From the NCBI GenBank assembly GCA_951406725.2, contig OX597821.1, positions 8,494,001 to 8,558,000 of the forward strand: a stretch of DNA of 64,000 nucleotides. The letters are read 5' to 3'. Below the pieces are notes generated by a model. The model worked only from the letters and a program-made list of their open reading frames with translations. It was not told where the DNA came from and made no database searches. The DNA comes from Octopus vulgaris. Taxonomy: Eukaryota. The first letter of the stretch is position 1. Each line of letters starts with the position of its first letter. The translations under genes were made by a program, and so were the position numbers. This document shows, piece after piece, positions 1 to 13,331 of this stretch.

Positions 1-55
1 AATAATGTGTGTGCGTACGTATTTGTGTACACACACATATACACACACATATACA

Positions 56-103
<48 letters not shown>

Positions 104-1009
104 GACGCATACAAACTCGTCCTACCATTGTATTTTTAGAGGTATGAAACTAATACATACATACATACATACATACATACATACATACATACACACATAC
201 ATACATACATACATTCAGTTCAATATAGATTCGACATGTGTAAATACATTAAAGATAACCACAATAAATTAATGAATTACGCATGTATTTCATTACATAT
301 TTGCGTAATTTAATATGCAGGTATTTCATGTTCTTTTTTCCCCGCTTTATTCGGTTTCAACCATATTTACATTACATCACATCTTGGAAAATTGAAATTA
401 TTAAATTTGCTCTGTATTGAACGCGAAAGTAAAAATAACAAAACTTACAACAAACTGGCCAAAGACTTGTTCTCTTCCGAATTAGTTAACGGTGTATAGT
501 AAATGCCCACACACGCACACACACGCACACACACACAAAATTTGGACACACACGCGCACACACCCTAACACACACACACACATACACACACACACAAATA
601 CACAAATATATAATCATTAACGTCGTAAAACTTCATAAACTTCCGAGAGAACGTGAAATAATTCTGATTTTGTATATTGGCTTTCGAAGCACACAACAAC
701 ATTTACATGCTATTATTTATAGCTTTATGTGATGTGCTCTGAGAACCAATATTCAAAAATGTATGTACAAGGTCTGAAATTTATGTGGGAGAGGACTAGT
801 CAATTCCATCGACACCCGTGATTTACTGGTACTTATTTTGTCGACCCCAAACAGCTTCAAATTTCGAATACTGGTAGAATTTCTCACGTAGGACACGGTT
901 TACTCTGAACGTTTTTGACAAAATTTCGTATTTCAGAAGTTATTTCATGTTAAAGCTGTCGTATTTAGGTAATTTCCACCAATCAACGACGTGTGTTCGG
1001 TTGAAGTAA

Positions 1010-1055
<46 letters not shown>

Positions 1056-1091
1056 CAACAATAATAATAATGTGTGTGCGTACGTATTTGT

Positions 1092-1125
<34 letters not shown>

Positions 1126-1632
1126 TTTTCTCAAAAAATACACGTTTCAAATGCCTTATTTACAACTATGATATGTATTGTTATTATCATGAAACTAATA
1201 CATACATACATACATACATACATACGTACATACATGCATACATACATACATACATACATACATAAATACATACATACATACAAACATACATACATACATA
1301 CATACAGTTCAATATAGATTCGACATGTGTAAATACATTAAAGATAACCACAATAAATTAATGAATTACGCATGTATTTCATTACATAGAATAAAGTGGT
1401 GACATTTAGTAGAGATGACCCAGAAGTTGTTCGTCTTCGATTACTATCGCAAATACACGCTTTATTCGGTTTCAACCATATTTACATTACATCACATCTT
1501 GGAAAATTGAAATTATTAAATTTGCTCTGTATTGAACGCGAAAGTAAAAATAACAAAACTTACAACAAACTGGCCAAAGACTTGTTCTCTTCCGAATTAG
1601 TTAACGGTGTATATAAATGCCCACACACACAA

Positions 1633-1701
<69 letters not shown>

Positions 1702-1882
1702 GATATATATACTATTGAACCTTGCAAACCAAATGCAAATACAAACTATATATATATATTCTTTTACTTGTTTCAGTCATTTGACTGCGGCCATGATGGA
1801 GCACCGCCTTATTCTTTGTAAGCCTAGTACTTATTCTATCGGTATCTTTTGCCGCACCGCTAAGTTACGGGGACGTAAAATG

Positions 1883-1951
<69 letters not shown>

Positions 1952-1997
1952 ATTTATTACATTTCAATTACCAAATTTTTTAATTAATTTTTTTTAA

Positions 1998-2663
1998 CTA
2001 AACAGCTTCAAATTTCGAATACTGGTAGAATTTCTCACGTAGGACACGGTTTACTCTAGGTAATTTCCACCAATCACCGACGTGTGTTCGGTTGAAGTAA
2101 GCTACTATTGTTTGCGGTATTAATCGAAGAGGAACAACTTCCGGGTCATCTCTACTAAATGTTACCACTCTTCGGAGAATCAACACCATAGAGCAATGAG
2201 TCCGCAGCTATACTATAATCAGCAGCAAACACATTTCATCAATATAAAAGTCTTTATTTGATAAAAAATAACATTATCAAGGTAAAACAAAACAAATAGC
2301 GGCTTATAGACCGGAAAATAGGTAATTGTAGTGGCGGATCGATCACTGGTTACTAGCTGATGGTGTAGAAGGGAGAGAAAGAGTAAGGAATGCACGGTGC
2401 TGACTAGAAAGGAAGAAAGGATAAAGATGGTTCGTTCGCAATACGAATAGAATAAAGTGGTGACATTTAGTAGAGATGACCCAGAAGTTGTTCGTCTTCG
2501 ATTACTATCGCAAATACACGTCGTTGATTGGTTGAAATTACTCAAATACGACAACTTTAATACAAAATAACTCCTAAAATACGGAATTTTGTCAAAAGCA
2601 TTCAGAGTAAAGCGTGTTCTATGTGAAAAATTCTACCAGTATTCGAAGTTTGAAACTGTTTAG
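1998..2663. mobile_element. Non-autonomous TIR DNA transposon (MITE) with ~175-215 bp inverted arms
   Basis: Left arm CTAAACAGCTTCAAATTTCGAATACTGGTAGAATTT...(1998-2172) is the reverse complement of the right arm (~2450-2663, ...TTCGAAGTTTGAAACTGTTTAG). TTAA lies on both sides (1994-1997, 2664-2667). A further copy of the left arm is at ~849-1010. Confidence 0.8.
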
Positions 2664-2710
2664 TTAAAAAAAAAATGAATGAAAACATCGGTGATTGAGA
2701 TGGAATAGAT

Positions 2711-2766
<56 letters not shown>

Positions 2767-2825
2767 GTATATATATACTATTGAACCTTGCAAACCAAAT
2801 GCAAATACAAACTATATATATATAT

Positions 2826-3206
2826 TCTTTTACTTGTTTCAGTCATTTGACTGCGGCCATGATGGAGCACCGCCTTTGGTCGACCAAATCGACCCCAGGA
2901 CTTATTCTTTGTAAGCCTAGTACTTATTCTATCGGTATATTTTGCCGCACCGCTAAGTTACGGGGACGTAAACACATCAGCATCGGTTGTCAAGCGATGT
3001 TGGGGGGACAAACAGAGACACACAAACACACACACGCACACACACACACATATATATATACGACGAGCTTCTTTCAGTTTCCATCTACCAAATTCACTCA
3101 CAAGGCTTTGGTCGGCCCGAGGCTACAGCAGAAGACACTTGCCCAAGGTACCACGCAGTGGGACTGAAACCAGAACCATGTGGTTGGTAAGCAAGCTACT
3201 GACCAC
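2826..3206 (-). mobile_element. tRNA-derived octopus SINE (family with internal microsatellite)
   Basis: Reverse complement of the copies at 16553-16980 and 26029-26431; partial duplicate at 1757-1879. Confidence 0.85.
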
Positions 3207-3402
3207 TTGTTATATATAGGTATATATTTATAGATAAGTAGAAAGACATACATAAGAATTAGCCATTAGGGACGGAAAAAATATTAAATACTAATCCTCT
3301 CGCTAATAACTAATTTTTATCCACCTGCCATTGATTGACTAAATATGTATATATGCGATGTACATATACATAAGCACAAACATACTCACAGGCACACGGG
3401 CA

Positions 3403-3492
<90 letters not shown>

Positions 3493-3497
3493 ACATA

Positions 3498-3529
<32 letters not shown>

Positions 3530-3540
3530 AATATATATAA

Positions 3541-3915
3541 ATAAATGAAAGAATGGAGTTGAACGACGATTTAACAAAATTCCTTTATTCTCGACATATG
3601 TTTCGAAGACTGCATATCCTAATTTCGAAGGAATAAGGGGTGCATTATGCTGCCTTCTCATCAGGAGAGACGAGGAACTTATGTCAGCATCAAGACGAAC
3701 AAAAACTCTTAGATGACTGCCCACTCGGAGTCCATAGGGATAATGAGTGTTTATTCTTTCATTTATTTGTATTAAAAAAACACACAAATTTCCACACGAA
3801 AGTACGTGATCTCTGCCCTTGGCATGTAGCTTCAACCGTGTTTTTCTGACGTGAATTTGCTACCCAGGTATCGGTTAACCGAATTATCCATACTAGGATA
3901 ATTCATTCAACTACT

Positions 3916-3918
<3 letters not shown>
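3541..3918 (-). mobile_element. Penelope-like pLTR / retrozyme-type insert
   Basis: Unique sequence bounded by TA-rich microsatellite on both sides; contains a hammerhead motif followed by AATAAA on the minus strand. Confidence 0.6.
3589..3668 (-). ncRNA. Type I hammerhead ribozyme
   Basis: Minus strand: TCTC-CTGATGA-GAAGGCAGCATA...TATGCAGTCTTC-GAA-ACATATGT-C-GAGA. Canonical core, long stem II, palindromic stem III, GUC site, 4-bp stem I. Confidence 0.85.
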
Positions 3919-3959
<41 letters not shown>

Positions 3960-3977
3960 TATGTACACACACTCAAT

Positions 3978-4062
<85 letters not shown>

Positions 4063-4475
4063 GAAAGAAAGAAGTGGAGAGGTTATAGGAGGGATAGAGG
4101 GACAGAGGAAATCATAGTAAGAACGTGAGTGAGTGAAAGACATGAGAGCTGTGTGATGCATACTTAAGATTATAGAATATTCGGAAAAACCAAGGAGATA
4201 ATGATAACGTAAAACGGAAACGTGTGTGTGTATGTAAGCGAGTGTTAGAGAGAAATGAATGAGAAAATGAAGAGGAAGAAAAGAGAAACGAGAAATTAAT
4301 TAGTAATGGAAACGTTTCCAGGACATTGAACTAAATCATCGGAAGATAGTTGATCCTATTGTTTCATTAATGGTGAATCAGATACTATGATAAACACTCA
4401 CTCACATACATATATACATAGACAATTGTACCCACCTACGCATGTACACACATGCGCGCTTGTGTACATATATAT

Positions 4476-4508
<33 letters not shown>

Positions 4509-4707
4509 CATATATATACATATATATATATACATGTACATATATATATACGTATATATACATATACATACATATATATATACATATACATACATATATA
4601 TACACATATATACATATGCATAGATATATATATATATACATATACATACATATATATATATACACACATATATAAATATACATACATACAAGCATATATA
4701 TATACAT

Positions 4708-4858
4708 AGGCGTGGTAAAAAGCTTGCTTTCCAATCACGTAGTTCTGTGTTCAGTCCCACTGTATGGCACCTTGGGCAAATGTCTTCTACTATAGCCTTG
4801 GGCCCACCAAAGACTTGTGAGTGGATTTGGTAGACGGCAATTGAAAGAAGGTCGTCTT
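4708..4858 (+). mobile_element. SINE 5' half, cut off by a mariner insertion
   Basis: GGCGTGGTAAAAAGCTTGCTTTCCAATCAC...GTTCAGTCCCACTG...GGATTTGGTAGACGG...GAAAGAAG matches the family head. Confidence 0.75.
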
Positions 4859-4863
4859 ATATG

Positions 4864-5680
4864 TTGGGTCGACCCATAAATAATGTAGTTTTTTCAACTG
4901 CATGAACTAAAAGTTGGTGGGGGAAGGGATAAACTACCTGCATCAACTTGTTATAAAAGCAGGTAGTAATTTCAACTTGTCCTTATTCTTAGTGCAAGTT
5001 TTGAAGAGTGTAGTTCGATTTTAACAGTTATTTTTTCAAAACTATAATGGAAGTGACGAAGAAGTATATTGGGCATATTTTGCTTTATGAGTTGAATAAA
5101 GACAACAAAGCAACGGAAAATGCGAGGAGTATTAATAGACTGTATGAGGATCGGACAATAAGCGTAAGCCAGTGACAACAGTGGTTCCAGAAATTCCGAG
5201 CCGGAAACTACAGCCTAGAAGATGACCCACGTCGTGGAAGATCTGTAGAGCTCAACAAGGACGTTCTGCAAACCCCGGTGGAAGAAAATCCCATCGTAAC
5301 TGTTGAGAAACTATCAGAGAAGCTTGGATTTGGTATTTTAATCAGTCATTCAAGTCAGCTCAAGAAGTAAAATGACCGTCTTTAGTTTCAAGACAAAGAT
5401 GTTCTTCCATTCGGATAATGCTCGGCCACATAAAGCGGGGATGACATTCAAAAGGTTGGATCAGTTTGAATGGGAAACGATGCCCCACCCACCACATATT
5501 CGCCGGATATTGCCCCATCTGAGTATCATTTATTCCGCAGTTTCCCAAATCATCTGGACGGAAAAAATATGAACTCTGTAGCGAGGTCAGAACAGAATTG
5601 GAGGAGTATTTTTTTGTCACGGAGAAGTGAATTTTGGAAGAGGTACCTTGCAAGTCTACCAGATACATGTAAGAGCATGT
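4864..5680 (+). mobile_element. Decayed mariner (DD34D) transposon, internally deleted
   Basis: Broken frames read MEVTKKYIGHILLYE...WFQKFRAGNYSLEDDPRRGRS (HTH), then FHSDNARPH...MPHPP/YSPDIAPSEYHLFRS. Confidence 0.9.
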
Positions 5681-5797
5681 ATATATTTGTATGTGTATGT
5701 ATACAATTGTTACCGAAACAACCGTTGTAACTAATAAAAATCTGATACACTTTCTTCGTCTTCATATTTGGATTACACACACACACACATGCACACT

Positions 5798-5832
<35 letters not shown>

Positions 5833-6280
5833 TATAATATATGCATGTGTATATATAATATAATATATATGTATATAAAATAAATATATATGTATAATAT
5901 GCAAACATACATACACACACACACACTCTCTCTCTCTCACACACACATATATGTATGCATATCATATGTATGTTTTCATTTCATACATATATATTTATTT
6001 TATATTCATAAATATATATTATATTATATATATACTTATATTACACACACACACACACACAGACACACACACACACACACACACAAACATACACAAACAC
6101 ACATATAGTGTATTTGTTTGAGATAAAATTATTCTATCTATAGATCACATGGAAGCGCTCAGTGTGACTGAGCTATCGAAAGAGAAGTGCAAAAGAGAGA
6201 CAAAGGAAAAGTTATGAAAATAAATTCAGTTTCAAAATCATATGCACCACATTATATAGTATAAAAAATATATAAATATA

Positions 6281-6551
6281 CTCAAAATATATCAAATATA
6301 CATTAAAAGTACATAGATGTAAATATATATTAAAATATATTAAAACTGTACAAAAATATATAGTCACACTTTTAACAACGATCTTAAAATACGAAATTAA
6401 AATATAACATATTGCAAATCCAAAAGTTTTGCAACTCGCTTTAAACCTAGATTTTAAGCGTGACTATATTTTATATTTTCGTACAGTTTTAATATATCTT
6501 TAACATATATTTATAACAATGTATTTTTAATGTATATCTAATATATTTTGA

Positions 6552-6552
<1 letters not shown>
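6281..6552. mobile_element. AT-rich fold-back MITE
   Basis: Imperfect ~95 bp inverted arms CTCAAAATATA...AAAACTGTAC..TATAGTCAC / GTGACTATA..GTACAGTTTT...TATATTTTGAG, flanked by TA. Confidence 0.6.
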
Positions 6553-6613
<61 letters not shown>

Positions 6614-6627
6614 TGTCAAGCGATGCT

Positions 6628-6667
<40 letters not shown>

Positions 6668-6725
6668 CAGAAGACACTTGCCCAAGATATATGAACCCGG
6701 AATAGTAAGCTACTTACCACACAGC

Positions 6726-6768
<43 letters not shown>

Positions 6769-6808
6769 AGTACATAATCTGGTGTATATGATTTTAAAAC
6801 TGTCTCTC

Positions 6809-6857
<49 letters not shown>

Positions 6858-6927
6858 TTATATATTTGTATATATACAAACACACACTCACACACATTAT
6901 ATATTTATACATACATACATACATATA

Positions 6928-8110
6928 CAAAGGGAAGTCAAAACTTATTTGCACTTTTGCCAATATTTCTTTAGATTCCCTGCACTGCCTTCTGCGCTTG
7001 CGCGCCAAAAAATGGTACTCTTGTTATTGTGTAACCAAGGTTTGACCTTGATCGCTCCAGTTTTGTTGTGTTACAGAGTAAATATGGCTTCCCCACTGGC
7101 AGTGTGCATCAGAAAAGAACAGATCCGTGATCCGATTTCTCTGGTCTGAAGGTGTATCAGGGGCAGAAATTCACTGCAGGCTTTTAGTACAATACAGGTA
7201 CAGTACCCTGCCGCACAGAAATGTGTATGAGTGGATCGAAAAGTTTAAAAATGGCTCGACGGAGTGAAGCGGGAAGAGGGAGCTGGAGGCCCATCAACCT
7301 CCACCACCGAGGTGGAAATTCAACAAGCTCGAGAGATGGTTCTGATGAACCTATGAGAGACCATCGACGAGGTGGCATGTTCTCTACAAATTAGTCATGG
7401 TTCTGCATACGAAATCATTCATGGCCAGACTCTGTAAAATCTAAGCAAGATGGATGCCAAGAGAGCTTACCGAAGCGCTTAAGCACAATTAAGTGGAGAT
7501 CTGTCAATACTTATTCGATCGCTACAACGATGAAGGCAAAGATTGTTTGGAGAGAATAGTCACACTAGATGAGACCTGAGTTCATCACTTTGGGACAGAA
7601 TCCAAAGGTCAATATATGTTGTGGAAACCCTCGGAACTGCCAGCGATAAAGAAATTCAAAACTCAACTTTTCACAGGAAAAGTGATAGTATCCGAGATGC
7701 AAAAGGACCTATACTAGAACATTACATGGAAAATGGTTCTAAAGTCACCAGTGTAGTGTACAATGAAATGCTGGCAACAAACTGAGACCAGCAATTCCCA
7801 CCAAACAATGAGGTCTATTGTCAAAGCAAGTGTTATTGTTGCACGATAATACACGCCAAAATACATCCACATGCACCTTTGAAACAATTGAAAAATTGGG
7901 TTTCGAGTTGCTGGAACGCCCTGCATACAGTCCGGACCGCTCAAACAACCTTGGCATTATCGTCGATTCGCTATGGATGAAAAAATGCAGGAAGAGGCAC
8001 ATAAATGCCGCACGACCAACCGAAATCTTTCTTCTTCGGTGGAATAAACAAGCTTGTGGCCCACCGGATGAAGTGCACCGTAAAGCAAGGTAACTACGTC
8101 GAAAAATTTA
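6928..8110 (+). mobile_element. Decayed mariner (irritans/Hsmar2-like) transposon
   Basis: TA-CAAAGGGAAGTCAAAACT end; VIRFLWSEGVSGAEIHCRL..VYEWIEKFKNG, ERIVTLDET*VHHF, VLLLHDNTR..GFELLERPAYSPD, GNYVEK. Confidence 0.9.
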
Positions 8111-8827
8111 TATAGATACACAATTCCCTTTCCCTGTATCTATTTCCCTACCTCTGACTGCCTCTCTCCCACTTTCTTTCTCACTCTTGTTTATTCCCAT
8201 TTCTATATCTCTCTTTCTCTCTCTCCCTCTCACATTTCTTTCTTAATTTTCATATTTTTTTGAAAAAACCTCTTTATATTTTTCTCCTGATATTATTCAA
8301 TAACTTTTACATTCATTCATTCTCGCTCTCCTTAATTCTATCAGTCATTCATTTACATCCTTTCTCACAACCTTTCTCTTCTTTCTGTTCAATTCTTATA
8401 TATTACCGCTTCTCCCTTCTCACTCACTCTTCTATTTTACTCCTTTCCTTCTCATTCATTGTCCCTTTCTTACTTACTTCTTTCTCTTTTTCTCTTACAT
8501 TCATTTGTTTTCTTTTTTTCCTGCCACCTCTTCCTCCCACTATCCGAGTTTAATCACAATATTTATGAGCAATTTCGACATAAAAACTTCTCTTCTCGTT
8601 ATTTAGTAATAATTATAGTTTAATGTATATGTGTTATGGTATGTGTGTTTATCAGTTGTTCGTGCATGCATGTGTATGTGTGCGCGCGCGTGTGGGTGTG
8701 TGTGAGAGTGTGTGTGTATGTGTGCGTGTGTGCGTAATTAGAAGTGGGTGCATACGTTGGAGTTTTTGTAAGTGCGCTCGTGTGTATAACAGTGTATGTA
8801 TATATATATATACATATACACACACAC

Positions 8828-8870
<43 letters not shown>

Positions 8871-8879
8871 CACACACAC

Positions 8880-8990
<111 letters not shown>

Positions 8991-9774
8991 CACACACACA
9001 TACAAACACACATATATATATATAATCTATAAATGTGTGTATGTTTATGTGTGCACATGTGGTTGTTTCTGCGCGTGTACAAGCGTTTAGGTGTGTCTGT
9101 AGCTATGCGCGTGCACGCATGTATGTACGTGCGTGCGTGCGTATATATATGTGAATGTGTGTGTGTGTGCGTGTGTGTGTGTATGAGTGATTGCAATGAG
9201 AAATGTGAAAAAAACAATGTCATGAATATAAATGATTTCTTCCAGCCAATGAATGAATTATGTTGCTGGTGTTAATTTTAACTGCTGCACTGCTGCCATG
9301 CCCTTGTAACAAGAGGAAGAAGAAGAAGAAGAAGGAAGATGGCAACAACAACAACAACAACAACAACAGCAACAACCATATCAGCAAGAGCAGTAGCACC
9401 AACAAGGACGACAACGACAATAACAGCAGCAACAATATTATACCACCAATATCATTATTCCGTTCCTCCATGATGTGCCATTTGGAAGGAGCGAACTGCT
9501 GTGAAAGCGACATGTAAAATGGAGGGTATAGAAGTATTAGAATGCGCACTGGTCGTTGTCATCCTCGTCGTCGTTGTTGTTGTTCGTGCTGTTATTGTCA
9601 ATGTTATTATTATTAATGTTATTGTTGTTTTCCTTAGGCCACTCATCGGAGGGGCCTGAGTAAACAGCGTACGAGCGAAATTACTCAAACCATGACCTAC
9701 ACTTGCTTTGGGAGATGATATAAGATTACAATATCATGCCTGTCTTCCCTTGTTTTATTTTTAGAGTGTCACTC

Positions 9775-9970
9775 TTAAACAGTGCTTGTTGCAACGTGGT
9801 GGCCTGTGTGCCGAAATGACCTTGAGATCCATGCCAGTGGAGCGCAAGCTGCTTGTAGGAAATACTATCCTGGGCAGGTCAAAAGACAGAGATTAAACTA
9901 ATATGAAGCACCTCCTTCCAGAAGTAAAAAATGGTTTGAGAAGGACCAAAACCCCTACCTAGAAAAACGC
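9775..9970 (+). mobile_element. Degraded RTE-type LINE 5' UTR
   Basis: GCTTGTTGCAACGTGGTGGCCTGTGTGCCGAAATGACCTTGAGATCCATGCCAG...GGGCAGGTCAAAAG resembles RTE leader sequences (recognised from memory). Confidence 0.45.
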
Positions 9971-10789
9971 GAATTTAAAAAAGCATCGAGGATAATTAAA
10001 ACAAATATAACAAAATAATTTGACAAAAATGTGAATTTTTAATTATTTTCTGAGATTTTACAAAAGCAACAAAATTATTTAAAAAAAAAGACATTCACTA
10101 AAGGAAACATCTGAAATGGTGCATCAAAAACCGGAAGGATGTTGGGATCCAACTGAAGAGAATCAGAAGAGAGATCTGAAAGTCGAAAACAAAAGAATAA
10201 GATCGTTGATGGCTGGTGTGGCCTAGTGGTAAGGCTATTGGGCTCATGATTGAAATGTCAAGTGTTCGAATCCTGGGCTGTGCAGTATGTACTGCATTCA
10301 GATAATATCCTCATTTTATGAAACGTTGCTCCAGTTTAACGATAGAGGAGTCGGTGGAGGAGTCACTACAACGCCACTCGACTTGTTAAAATTAGAAGCT
10401 ATGCCCTCCCCCAACAAAAAGGACCCTGTCCTCTTTAGGAGCAATATAACAGTACTTATACAAAAAGACAAAGTGCTCATGGTTGAAAGCCTTTGATCAA
10501 AAGTCAACTTGATCAGAGTGCTCCTTGAGGGTGAATAAAAGCACTGCACTACGCTAGACATCATTAATGTACTTGAACGCAAAATGTAATATTTAAAAGC
10601 AAAACAAAGCAAATAACGAAAGAAGAAACTGAAAACAGGCGTGGTTGAAGGGTCACATGTGGTTTCAGATTAGGTCTCAGTGTGCCGTACTTTAAGCAGA
10701 TATTGTTTTTTTTTTTACTATAACACTAGGCTGAGTGAATTTGTCAGACGGAAAACTGAATGGAGGCTCACCGAGTGTATGTTTACATA

Positions 10790-10804
10790 GATGACGACGA
10801 TGAA

Positions 10805-10893
<89 letters not shown>

Positions 10894-10928
10894 GGAGGAG
10901 GAGGAGGAGGAGGATGAGGATGAGGATG

Positions 10929-10971
<43 letters not shown>

Positions 10972-11113
10972 CGACGATGATGATGCTGATGATGATGAAG
11001 ATGATGACGATGAAGATGACGACGATGATGATGCTGATGATGATGATGACGATGATGATGATGATGATGATGATGAGGAGGAGGAGGATGATGATGCTGA
11101 TGACAACGACGAC
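10790..11113. repeat. (GAT)n/(GAG)n compound microsatellite
   Basis: Visible directly. Confidence 0.95.
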
Positions 11114-12847
11114 AGTGGTCGTCTCTCGTAGTCCAAGAAAGACGGTTCTGCAATTTATTGCCGAGCAATCTGCGCAAATGATTTGTTTATAGTGAACAAA
11201 TGCTTATGCTGTACAATAATTCACTCCCAATTGACTTTGCCTGAAGAGGTGCTCGGTGTTTCACACGTCAAGTATCGAAATGATCGTAGAGCCACGTGAA
11301 ATGAAATATTTTGCTCAAGAAGTCAACGCACCATCCAGTCCACCAACTGAAACCACGATTTTGGGTGCAGAATCCTTACCACTAGGTCATGCATCCTCAC
11401 GCACACAAACTCACATATCACATATACACAGTACACACATATCCACATTCATAGAAACATACTTATGTGCGTGTGTGTGTGTGTGTGTGTTTGTGTATCT
11501 TTTTGATTGCGTTTTGACCGCCTACACCTCTTGAAAATCGGTATTGGCATGTTTATATCTTGTTAGCGGTTCGATAAAAAGAACCCGATATAATAAATAC
11601 CAATCTTAAAATAAGTACTGGCGTCGATTTATTCGACTAAAACCCTTCTAAATTAAACATTTTTTCTACTATAGGCACCAGGCCTGCAATTTTGTGGAAC
11701 CCAGTGCTCCAGCATGGTGCAATCCAACGACTAAAACATGTAAAAAAAATAACAGACGAAATGAAAAAAGGAAACGAGTTACTCATATCCCGTAGAAAGT
11801 AATTTTAGCCACTTTGTCGTGTTAACCATATCTCCTTAATACTATCGATAACATACAACACCATGGACCAAAAAAAGGAACCTCTACGTGGTTTCTCGAC
11901 CTATTAGAAATAGTAGTCAAAACTTCCACAAAGCATATCTCACTAATTAAAAAAACAACTCTTTAGATCATGTGGTTCTGAGCTTCCATCTGCACGTGGA
12001 ACCCCACCTCCTCGCCAAAAGACGGAATTGCCACAGAATGTCGTTTTGATCTTACGTTAAAGGCTGACTCTTAATTAAACAACATTTTTTTCTACTATAG
12101 GCACCAGGCCTGCAATTTTGTGGAAGGGCTCTGGTCGATTACATTGAACTCAGCGCTCGACTGGTACTTATTTTATAGACCTCGAAAATATGTCAAACGA
12201 TGACAAAGTCGACCTCGATGAAATTTGTATTCAGAACATAAAGCCTAAAGAAGAAATACTGCTCAACATTTCCGCCGGCGTGTTAACCATTCTGTCAGCT
12301 TGCTGTCTTAAACAACAAAAGCAGCAGCAGCAGTAGCAGCAACAGCAGCAGCAACAACAATAACAACAACATCTACCTCGACGATGAATATAAAATCCTG
12401 CTTTGTTTTTCTGGAAGGATGATTAATATAAGCAAAAACCACGTGACGTCTTAGCACATTCGTATGTATGTCAATGCTGCAAGAGATATTTTGTATTCTT
12501 GGATTGGTAATGAAGACAACACAGCATCACGTTAACTTTCCTAATAATATAAAGAAAAGACGCATTGGATTATGTATGTTTGAAAAAAGGTGGGATGGTC
12601 ATAGATGGGAGGTTTTTGAGCACAAGTTTGTTCAGTTAGGGTAGGCCTCATGCTGCACAACAGAGACAACAGTTAAATGAAGATTTCTCAATCATCCATC
12701 TATGGTAGAATGACATCACACCGCAATATAGACTCAGCTATTTCCACCAATCCACCAGCAGAGATGCACAAAGCGTAGCCTTCACGAAAATATGGGTGCT
12801 CAAAATTAGTCGACATTGCAAAACAAATGCGTAATGAGTATCTTTTA

Positions 12848-13315
12848 GCTTTTACTTGCTTCACCCATTGGACTGCAGCCATTCTAGGGTACCACCTCAC
12901 CTTCAGGGGGTTTAGTCAAATAAACCAGCCCGGTACCTATGTTGTTAAGTCAGGCCATTATTGTATGCGTATCTTTTGCCGAACCGCTAAGTTACGAGGA
13001 CATAAAGGAAACCAGTACCGTCGTGAAGCGGTTGTAGGTATGTTTGTTGTGTGGGGGAATACAAATTCTAAGGAACACGTACACGCACGCACACACACAC
13101 ACACGCGCGCACACGCGCACACACACACACGCACACTCACATACACACACACACTAACATACACACACACATATGACAGGCTTCCATACAATTTCCATCA
13201 CAAGGTTTTAGTCGGTTCGGCGCTATAGTAAGAAATACTTGCTCAAAGTGGCGCATATTGGGACTGAACCAGAAACCACATGGTTGCAAAGTGAACTTCT
13301 TAACCACGCAGCAAT
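12848..13315 (-). mobile_element. Diverged SINE copy
   Basis: TTTTACTTGCTTCACCCATTGGACTGCAGCC...GCCGAACCGCTAAGTTAC...GGGACTGAACCAGAAACCACATGG. Confidence 0.75.
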
Positions 13316-13331
13316 GCTTGTTTTAATAATA

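Noticed and set aside
10692-11192. Poly-Asp/His/Ser/Met ORFs
   Set aside because: These are translations of a GAT/GAG microsatellite open in several frames, with no unique coding context.
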